Origin: Macrostomum lignano
Lineage: Eukaryota
Direction of reading: 5' to 3'
NCBI GenBank assembly: GCA_002269645.1
Contig: NIVC01000180.1
Coordinates: 1-64,000 of the forward strand
Length of the DNA stretch: 64,000 nt
Below are positions 9,924-22,719 of the stretch, piece after piece. Under the pieces are notes generated by a model. That model worked only from the letters and a program-made list of their open reading frames with translations. It made no database searches and was not told the origin of the DNA. Numbering within the stretch: position 1 is the first letter of the stretch; each line of letters starts with the position of its first letter. The translations under genes and the position numbers were made by a program.

Positions 9924-10787
9924 ATGGAAGCTATAGCCGAAAGACTAAACAACATTGTTTCACACTCTAAGGAGAGCATTCCTATTACAATAACTGGGCG
10001 AATTAATGACTCAAACGGGATATTTGTTGAAAAATTAGAGCAGGCGATTCGCCTGGATCCTGGCGCTAATTACCATGTCTATCTTAACGACTTCACTGGT
10101 TGGTCAAACGTTCCCAATGTGATGGCAGCAAATAATAAGTTTTATTACAAATGGAAAGGTGCAGCAGCAGACCCTGTGGTATTCCATGTGAGCACGCAAA
10201 GTGTGGATACCTACAATAACTTTCTAGAAAATGTCTTTACTAAGAGAGGCCATTTTGAGACACCTGATGCGAGTAAGCCAGAGAAGAAACTGTTCCCTGT
10301 CAAACTAACCTATGATCTCACTGTAATGAGAGTGGTCATGCAAGTTCACAAAGATGCGGAGGTTGAGTTTAAAGATGACACTTGGTATAGGGAACTGGGA
10401 TTCGAGAAGAAAGTTTATAAGGCAGAATCCGCGGCGCGGACCGCCACTCAAGCATCGGGGACCGTTAAAATGGCCCGGGAAAACGTAAGCGGTTTGTTCT
10501 TAGCACCCAATATTGCAGACATTGTAAAGGGTTTGAATATTCTAATCAGAAGTAATCTCAGTCTTGATTGGGTATTTAAGGGAAAGCGAACTAATATTTT
10601 GTACAACATCTCCAACTCTGTAGCTGGAGGACAGATGGTGGTAGAGAAACCAAATCCAGTGAAAAGAGTTGTATTGAGTAATAAGGAGATTCACGAGATT
10701 GTGCTACAGTTTGAGACTGAAGATGGGGTGGGTGTTGATTTCAACGGTGAAGAGTTTGTACTGACGTTGATCATTGAGAGAATGTAA
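9924..10787 (+). CDS. Minor capsid protein (penton, single jelly-roll)
   Basis: Intact 287 aa. N-terminal IRLDP..YHVYLNDFTGWSNVPNV..NNKFYY and C-terminal VEKPNP..IHEIVLQFETEDGVGVDFNGEEFVLTLII match Polinton penton patterns. Confidence 0.85.
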   Translation: MEAIAERLNNIVSHSKESIPITITGRINDSNGIFVEKLEQAIRLDPGANYHVYLNDFTGWSNVPNVMAANNKFYYKWKGAAADPVVFHVSTQSVDTYNNFLENVFTKRGHFETPDASKPEKKLFPVKLTYDLTVMRVVMQVHKDAEVEFKDDTWYRELGFEKKVYKAESAARTATQASGTVKMARENVSGLFLAPNIADIVKGLNILIRSNLSLDWVFKGKRTNILYNISNSVAGGQMVVEKPNPVKRVVLSNKEIHEIVLQFETEDGVGVDFNGEEFVLTLIIERM

Positions 10788-10795
10788 GAAAAAAA

Positions 10796-11032
10796 TTACA
10801 ATTGCCTAATGATTTCTGCAAAGTTAAAGTAGCTGTCGTAATCGTTAATGACTACTCCATACTTATGAAACCAATGTCTTTGGAGAGCTAGATTAATATT
10901 AGGGACATTGATTTGAACGTCGGGCCAATATTTTCTCATGTACTCGCTGCATTCCTTCTTGCATTGGTACTTACTCTTGTAATTAGGCTCGTGCGTTTTG
11001 TAATAAGAACCTGGAGAGACAACTGGAAACAT
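10796..11032 (-). CDS. 78-aa orphan viral ORF
   Basis: Converges on the penton stop 8 bp away and has the same AAAAATG start context as other element genes. Confidence 0.5.
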   Translation of the reverse strand: MFPVVSPGSYYKTHEPNYKSKYQCKKECSEYMRKYWPDVQINVPNINLALQRHWFHKYGVVINDYDSYFNFAEIIRQL

Positions 11033-11229
11033 TTTTAGAGAAAAATTAGATTTTTTTCAATGGGTAAGGACCCTGCGCTGATGATTTAAAGTTTTAGGGA
11101 TCTGGTTTCGCGTTGCAAATTGAATGTGGGAAGAAGAATGCAGATTATTTTCTGATTGTTTCGAAGATGCTATGGGTGGATGTCGGTGTCAATGAGCATA
11201 ACAGGTGTTAGTGGACATCTGTTATGCTC

Positions 11230-11443
11230 TGATTCTGTCAGGGATAGTAATGGATGGATTTAATAGGATTATGTTCGAAGTTTTCGGAGCAAGTGCGGCC
11301 CCTCCCCTTTTTCATGATTCTGTCGGGGATAATATGGATGGATTTAATGGGATTATGGAGGACGTTTTGTGAGCGAGTGCGACCCCCCTTTTTTCTGATT
11401 CTGTCAGGGATAATATAGATGGATTTAATGGGATTATGGAGGA
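11230..11443. repeat. ~80-85-bp degenerate direct repeats (tgattctgtcagggata...ggattatg), probable subterminal region of the element
   Basis: Copies start at 11230, 11315 and 11396. Confidence 0.75.
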
Positions 11444-11566
11444 GGTGAAAAATTTTGTCCTAGAAGCCCCCTCATGCCTTCTACTCGATTTTTAGAATCC
11501 ACCCACCCCCTCCGGTCACCAAGCTTTTGGTCACCAAGCTTTTAGTCTATGACACAAGTTCTGGTT

Positions 11567-12331
11567 AGAATGGTGTACAAAGCCGATGCTCAGAAATATA
11601 AGACATTCCACACTTAGAGAATGGTGTACAAAGCCGATGCTCAGAAATATAAGACATTCCACACTTAGAGAATGGTGTACAAAGCCGATGCTCAGAAATA
11701 TAAGACATTCCACACTTAGAGAATGGTGTACAAAGCCGATGCTCAGAAATATAAGACATTCCACACTTAGAGAATGGTGTACAAAGCCGATGCTCAGAAA
11801 TATAAGACATTCCACACTTAGAGAATGGTGTACAAAGCCGATGCTCAGAAATATAAGACATTCCACACTTAGAGAATGGTGTACAAAGCCGATGCTCAGA
11901 AATATAAGACATTCCACACTTAGAGAATGGTGTACAAAGCCGATGCTCAGAAATATAAGACATTCCACACTTAGAGAATGGTGTACAAAGCCGATGCTCA
12001 GAAATATAAGACATTCCACACTTAGAGAATGGTGTACAAAGCCGATGCTCAGAAATATAAGACATTCCACACTTAGAGAATGGTGTACAAAGCCGATGCT
12101 CAGAAATATAAGACATTCCACACTTAGAGAATGGTGTACAAAGCCGTTGCTCAGAAATATAAGACATTCCACACTTAGAGAATGGTGTACAAAGCCGTTG
12201 CTCAGAAATATAAGACATTCCACACTTAGAGAATGGTGTACAAAGCCGTTGCTCAGAAATATAAGACATTCCACACTTAGAGAATGGTGTACAAAGCCGA
12301 TGCTCAGAAATATAAGACATTCCACACTTAG
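11567..12331. repeat. 51-bp tandem array x15, near-identical
   Basis: Unit agaatggtgtacaaagccgatgctcagaaatataagacattccacacttag; 765 bp; three late copies carry one A>T variant. Confidence 0.97.
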
Positions 12332-12804
12332 AAAATGCATGTATTAAATAAGCAAGACAACATCGCTCAGTCACCAGACTCAGTTGCCGTCGTCGATACA
12401 CAACTCCGTAACAGCCATGCCATATAGCCCTTACGTCTGAACAACAACAGCTATGCCACAACAGCCATGCCTTTTTATCACTTGTGCTTTTTGCTTTTCC
12501 CACTGCTGCACCTTCACTCCGACTCTGCTGCAAGAATCCTGCTCAACTTCTTTTCTCCTTACACAATGCAATCAATCTACGTACGGTTACAGTATAGATA
12601 CAGAAATAATCTTGAGGACGTTTATGATGTTAAAGTTAACATAAAGAAGAGAGTTGCCGCTATAAATCTGTGCAAAATGATGTTATTTGGATCAGCAGAA
12701 CAAGATATATAGTGATAAGTAACACTACTTGATGGACAGCCCTCCTAGATTAGATAAAAAACTAGACTAGATTAGAACTAGAATAAACTAGATTTCAACT
12801 CTGA

Positions 12805-12922
12805 TTGAATTTGACTTGAACTTCCGAATGGAAAAACACTGCGGGAAAAAATCTCGCGGGAAAACCTCGCTGCGGGAAAACCTCGCTGCGGAAAACTTCC
12901 TGCGGGAAATTCTCATAGACCC
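12805..12922. repeat. Dispersed repeat end with gcgggaaaa sub-repeats; inverted homologue at 15644-15750
   Basis: ...aaaacttcctgcgggaaattctcatagaccc matches the reverse complement of gggtctatgagagttttctcaggaagtttt... at 15644. Confidence 0.7.
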
Positions 12923-13982
12923 GATTAGTCGATAGAATTTGGCGCCACCACAGGCCTCTTGTCGTGCTCGTCTCCGAATCACCCACCGGAGTAAAGGAAT
13001 TTTAAGGCAGCGTTTGGGCCTGAAGATGCCTTTGCAGGTTTTCGGGCCGCTGTAGGGGCCACCTTAAAGGCTGTCACTACCCGATATGAGCTCCCCATTT
13101 GCCGAAGATGGGACTTTGATCTGGCGTTCATCGGGAGTCTGCTACACCAACTAAATGATGTTTCAGCAGAGATCTTTTGTGGTTGTGTCTGACGAAAATA
13201 ACAGCGTGCTGGACTACTACTAAGAGTAATATGAGGGAACGTATAAAGCTCAATAGTTTCCTAAAATGCTCAGTGCGAGAAGCTAGGGTTCTGCATCCAG
13301 GAGTGGGTCACGTGTGGAAAATGAGAATCTGGGCGGGTGTGGGCGCATTCAGGTCAGCTCCGCGGGGGTCTGGCAAACAGGGTTCAGAGAAAGAAGAGTG
13401 AAACAAGAACAATAGGCTCAATTATCGGGAACAAGACAGAAATAGAATGATAATGATTGCGCAACAATGAACAATCGCTTGCAAATGAGTTGGGTGCATC
13501 AGAATGATGAATGGAGGGTCGGATGCAAGGGTGATCACGCAAGTAGGGTGTGCTAACCTACCAGGCTCTTGCGCGCGCATTTGAGTGAGAAAATGAAATT
13601 GGGGCAAAAACTTACGTAAAGTACTTTAAGTACTTACGTACTAACAGTAACAATGGAACAGTGAAAATTGGCGGACTAATACTGTATGGTATGGACGAAA
13701 TCCAGGGGAATGGAACAGCGCCACAGGGAAATAATAAGGGAATTAAAGGTAAATAGCATTAAGCCAGGGGCGAGACACTGCACAGATGGTTGCCGATGGT
13801 CTCTTAGGTATAGAGACGCTAAGCCGGCCAGGAGTGTTGGGGCGGGAGATGACAGACAGGGAAGGGTCTGCGCTCAACCCACAGGCCAAAACCCCAAGTG
13901 CCGAAACTCCAAGGCCTATTTGTGCTGGTCACCTGTGAAGAGACTGTGCCACTGTTTCACTCAAACTACAATGTAATTTTAG

Positions 13983-15498
13983 GCACTGCTGTGCTACAAG
14001 TACATCAACTCGTGGGAGGCTCATGCAACAGCTGAAGACAGCCAACTAACAGATAGCTATGCAATCTTATTTGATGGAGTTCAACAGGACGCTGCCAATC
14101 ACAGGCAAGAGATTCCCCCAGCTGCATTCGAGATCCCTCAAATTCTGCACCAAACCTTCGCCTCCGAGATGGTCTACGAGAACTACCGGCCAATGATCAG
14201 CAGCTGTCTGAAGCTCAACCCCAACTGGAAATACTACCTGTGGCGGGACTCCGATGCCAGGGCTCTCATCTCCAAGGAATGTCCTCAATACTTGAAGACT
14301 TACCTGAGCTTTAAATACAACCTGCAGCACTCCGATGCCATTCGATACATCATCCTACACCGGTTTGGAGGTGCGGCACTTTAACCTTTAATGGAGTTAC
14401 AAAATCTGCTGCATCCGAGATCTCCACAAAAATCTTCTCAGGTTTTCATCAGAATTCACCAGATCCCCATCAGAAGAATCTTCCTAGATCTCCATCAGAA
14501 TCCTCTCGGATCCCCATCAGAATCCTCCCAGATCCCCATCAGAATCCTACCAGATCCCCATCAGAACCCTTCCAGATCTCCATCAGAATCTTCCCAGGTC
14601 TCCATCAGAATCCGCTCACATTTCCGATAAACTGTAGCTTCCCACATTACCTCAACCGCAGGCATCTACCTGGACATGGACGTCGAATGCGTGAAGCCGT
14701 TCGGGCCGAGTCTCACCCGGCAGGCGGCCTTCATCGACCAGGAGCGGCTGGAGCTGACCAGAATCATTCATGACGCCAATTTTAGCGCCATGAACTCCCT
14801 GATGGGCTCGGTGCCGGGGCATCCCTTCTTCAGATCCATGATGCACAAAGTGCTCGCCGAGAGGCTGCCCGGTACAGCTATCGTCTCCACTGGCCCGATG
14901 GTTCTCACGAAGGTGTACAAGAACTACAGAGACAGCCGGTCTGCCCGCAGTTGGCCGGTGAGGCTGCTCCCACCCAGTGTAGCCTCCCCGCTGATGGACT
15001 GGCAGACCAACTGGACGAGTGTCTGCCGCGGAGCCAGTGAGTCTCCGACTTGGTATTCAGCATGCAGAGAGCGGATAGCTGGAATTGCCGGGGCATAATC
15101 TCAATTGTCTCTCTCCTCTGTTATTTTCTGCTTTCTCCGCTCTCTTCCCGCTATGCTGTCTCCGCAAGCTCCCCTGTGTAGACCTCTCTTCTACACTCGT
15201 ATCCCGATTCCCTATCCCTAATTATATGCAGTTCTCGCCCTACTTTCCCCGCTGTCCAACAAATGAAACGAAGCCTGCGCTCCTGTTTGCAGAGCCGCTC
15301 GGGAGAAAAAAGCGTCTCTGGTTGGATCGCGGCTGTCGCATGCTGAAGTTGAAGAACTGGAGCATGGATGACTCTGACAACAGCACTGTAGCTGTGCACC
15401 GCTTCCTGCACCTGGGCTATGAATACATGAGGAAGGGGCGGAAGCCGCTGTTTAATGTCACTGAGACTTTCAAGCCTAGAGTGAGATACTACAGCTAG
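13983..15498 (+). CDS. GT32-family (DXD sugar-binding, SUR1/OCH1-like) glycosyltransferase; first exon not located
   Basis: Exons 13983-14370 ([17 protein letters not shown]), 14662-15036 ([17 protein letters not shown]) and 15293-15498 (VAVHRFLH). GT-AG junctions keep the frame. Confidence 0.88.
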
Positions 15499-16315
15499 TG
15501 GCTGCGGTCTTTGGCGCGATGAACTGGCTATGTTTTGGACTGCATTTTTCTTAAATAGCATTAATGCTCCACCAACCACATTATTGATCGTTCAGCCAAA
15601 AACCACTGATACCGATCGCGAAGCGCCCTACCACCTCAATATATGGGTCTATGAGAGTTTTCTCAGGAAGTTTTCCCGCCGACGTTTGCCCACCGAGCTT
15701 TTCCCGCCGAGCTTTTCCCGCAGGGTTTCTCCAGTCGGAAGAGTCGATGAGTCTTCGCCGATCCTGCTCCGAGATAGTAACTCTGCGAATGCCTGCAGCT
15801 GCCGCCATGATGACTAAATTAAATTCAATTTGACTAAAATCAAGTCATGGAAGGGTTTAAATACGTGGCACTTGACTAAATCGCTTTCATTTCTTTACTA
15901 TAAACCCCGAGTGCTGACTTTAAAATTTAGCTATGTCCGTACCAAGGCCAGCGTGATACAAGACCACCTGCTTATGTGCAACCATTGGTATCCGCAAATA
16001 CTCGGAAAAGAAAATGTTTCTTGTCGACTTTGTCTTTTTAATCTTATTAAATCTATTTTTTCCTAATGTTTTAAATAGAAGACGGAGCTTGATGTGAGCC
16101 TTATATTGCCCGCTATTCCAAGCAGTTGCGGGCTTTATTTTTCAACCATTTGTCTATGGGAAATATATGGGCCTGAATTTTGCCCGATGCCCGCTATTTA
16201 TTTAAACAACAACAACACAAGGTTGTTAAAATCAACGTAGCAAGCAACAAAAACAAATTAACAAGGGCGAGTGAGAAAGGATACGAGTCTGGTGCAGTTT
16301 TTCCATGTCTAATTA

Positions 16316-17715
16316 TTAATTACCACTGCAATTGTTCAGATGAAAGTGGATTGCGATGTCACTGCTGCGTGATTGCTCAAGGGCTGCACGTCGAATTTGA
16401 CGAACATCGATCACAGCGGAACATTCTTGAAGTTGCTCGTCACTGGTCCGTTTGCACTGGCGCACACCCACCAAGCTCTTGTGGCCAGTTGTCTCCATGA
16501 TTTGTTGTTCATCGAGTCCAGCATGGTACAATCTTGTGGCACAAGTGGCTCGCAGGCTGTGATTCCGCTTGTTTCCCTAGACACCCGATTCTTCACAGAG
16601 ACGCTTCAACATGGTCGAAACGTATTCTTACCAAGTGGATGCTTGTTGTATCAACATGTCTCAGTAGGATTCCGCATTGCCTGCAGGTAAAAGCGACTGG
16701 TGTCTGTTGGGCGTAAGCTGGCAAACTTCCTAGAGTCGAACATGGTTGTGTTCGAGCTTAGCAACGTCCAGAAAGTGCAAGACTTCTTTAGGAGCAACGC
16801 GCTTGTCTTTCAGCCCTCCAGTGTAGGTCTTGGGGTTTCTCTCTTGGTAGATCAGACACTCTACGTCGTTGTTTTCCACTCGAAATTGGTCGATAGTGAG
16901 GTTACAATGTTCATCGCGACCCCGAAGCGCGAAGTGCAGGCCATTTAGATAGAAGAGGGTGCGAGTCAGTTGGTCAGGGTTCTTGTCACCAAGTTGTTTC
17001 TCCCAAAGTTGCGCCTCTTCTTCGAAGGAAATCGTTTCAGCGCTCTTGCGCTTTAGGCCATTGCCCTCCTTGGTAGAAATTTTCATAGCAGCATCAATCG
17101 AATCAGTGACAACTTTGAAGTCCTGACCCCGAAAGGAGTCCACAGGTGGATTTTTACTGCAAGTTTTAACTGCATTTTTTTACTGAATCTGTAGTCCAGC
17201 AGCGATGGAGACAATTGATCCAGAGGATAGCGTTCTCCATTTTGTTTGCAAACTTCGTGGACGAATCGCGGGAGCAAGTCACGTAGCTGGTCGTGACGCA
17301 GTTCACCAACCGTGCCTGGAAGTCGGGGAAATCTGGTAGCCATCCAGGCGGTGAACACTTTACTCGCCCACTTGTCTCTATCCAGTGTCTTTAATGACTT
17401 CGTACCGTCGTTAAGAGCCATGGCATCTTCGAAAATTAATAATGATCCGAAGCGATTCGATGGAGACGTTCCGGACTCCTGCGACGTAGCTGTTGTCATG
17501 TATCTGCCAGTAGTTAAGCTGCCAGTAGTTATGACGGCTAAGCTATCATGATGATTATGAAGGTCTCCACCGACAGCTAAGACAGCATCGATGTCAGATT
17601 GGCGCAGTCGATTCGGATCGAAATCACCAAAAAAGTCTACGCCATAGTCTACAAGTAGATTTATTATATAATAGGTTATTCGTAAGTGAGACTTCAGGAT
17701 AATCGGCCAACTCAC
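16316..17715 (-). mobile_element. Decayed Crypton-type tyrosine recombinase (DUF3504/ZMYM-like) gene
   Basis: RFVHEVCKQNGERYP, LFYLNGLHFALRGRDEH, NHSLRATCATRLY, TGHKS..VRQC. In-frame stop at 16577-16579 plus frameshifts. Confidence 0.85.
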
Positions 17716-18031
17716 GTGTGCGCGTAGTAAAAAGACTTTTTTGCATCCCCACAGTCAACTGCATGGGAGATTCGTAAAATGAGCATACAGTAATGTGTTG
17801 GTGAAGATCAAAAAACAATGAGATACAAGCTTAAATGGCATAAATATGGGATTTACAGTTTTAACTGTCATATACGAGCTACTTTTCTTATAATGCTTTT
17901 CTGATATTAAGCCGAAATGCTACGACAGGACATTCTAGCTGCAAAAGCTTTCCTGGGCGTCTTAAGCACCGAGTGACTTTGCTTGTTGCACGTGCCTTCT
18001 GAAAGACTGCCAGTCCTGCTTGACATACGAG

Positions 18032-21370
<3,339 letters not shown>

Positions 21371-22719
21371 TCTCTGCGGTGGAAACTGCGCCGCTGCAGT
21401 CTTGCTGAACTGTCAAGCTCCTCCTGCCTTTCACGACACTTTATTGCCTGCGCTGCTACCATATAAAAGGTAATCTGCAAGCACGCCGTTGAGGTGTGGG
21501 GGGTGGGGAGGGTTGGGTTCTGCAGCCCTACGTGCAATTGAGCTAGCTGTACGTTGATATTTAAATGTACATGCTTTTTTGACAAGCCCTACTGGTGTCT
21601 AACCGCCAAGCCAGCCCCCACCCCCAGCAGCCGCTGTGCTGTACACTGATATGATAGCCTGCGCTAAAATTCGTATGGTGTACAGGAAGCCACATAAGTG
21701 TTATTTTTCTGTCCAGCTGCTATCGCTATTTTGATTTACGAGTATAGCCGTGCCATGAAAAAGCAGCATGCACTGCACTGCTTTCTATTAAAAAGGGGCA
21801 CACGATGCGTGACAGTTATGGAATCTTATGAATTATTGTCACAGATCATGCAGTGATCTGCTTAAAGTTCCTAACCTAAACCAAACCTAATTTACTTTCC
21901 CAACCTTTCTACCTATACTGTAAGCTTTTGAACTAGTCACTTTTAGTTTTGTTAGTTGAGTTTCTTATTGAAGATGAAGTTTAAAGAAAAAATAATCAGT
22001 CCTAAGCCATGCAGCCAGCCATCTATGGCCTAAGAAATCAGCATCCCTTTTGAGCCTCCCTTAAGCCATAGCTGAATCCTAGTAGCTCTCCTTTAAGTTG
22101 ATGGCTCAATCGCCTAAAATATGTTGTGAATTCCCCGTTTTGTCAGCCTTGTATAACTTGTATAGCAGCCTTCTTGCGAAATTCTACATATGTACCTGTG
22201 CTATTTGTGCACATGTACCACTGGGGTAAATGTACATCTTTATATCAAGTACTGTACATGCTGCAGCTGCCCCAGTTCCTTGGCAGGCGCAAATGCTGCA
22301 TGGCCCTCGCAGAGTCAACCAAGGGATGTTACATGTAGATGCGTGGGTCAATTCTGGTTATTGTCTTTGTATAGATTTTGAGAAGGCAGCACACCTTTCC
22401 ACAGACTACAATTTAACAAAAATTAGAGATAAACGTCACAATAGTTGCTTGATTTTCTTTTTTGTCCAAATGATCTGAATAAATTTGTATCTGAAATTTC
22501 TTACTTACAGTAGAAACAGTAGTTTATGCAAATTTTCAGTCTTTAAGGTGATGTCTTGAAGATCAATGTCTTAAACAAAACATCTCACAAAATTCAATTT
22601 TAAGTCATCTTAAAAACAACTTTGTCAGGATGGTTTGTGGAAGCAAAGTTAAAGATATCTTGATCTAGTCTTAAGGTGTCTTTAGCCATCTTAAGAAGAT
22701 GTGTTAAGACATTTTGATC

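Larger units (their letters stand above)
1..11520. mobile_element. Endogenous Polinton/Maverick (adintovirus-like) element; left part outside window, right boundary approximate
   Basis: Tightly packed, AT-rich, intron-less cassette of pPolB, cysteine protease, packaging ATPase, major and minor capsid genes. This is the hallmark gene set of Polintons. No integrase in the window. Confidence 0.92.

Noticed and set aside
11531-12533. Long ORFs over the 51-bp array, and a CRISPR-like appearance
   Set aside because: Pure tandem repeat with no unique spacers and no cas genes; the ORFs exist only because the unit lacks stops in some frames.
13002-13067. TTAA-flanked GG...CC mini-element
   Set aside because: Inverted-repeat match is too weak to separate from chance.
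15037-15098. ORF-track ending of the GT32 gene (…GIAGA stop)
   Set aside because: A consensus donor at 15037 and an in-frame exon at 15293 supplying the conserved His fit better.
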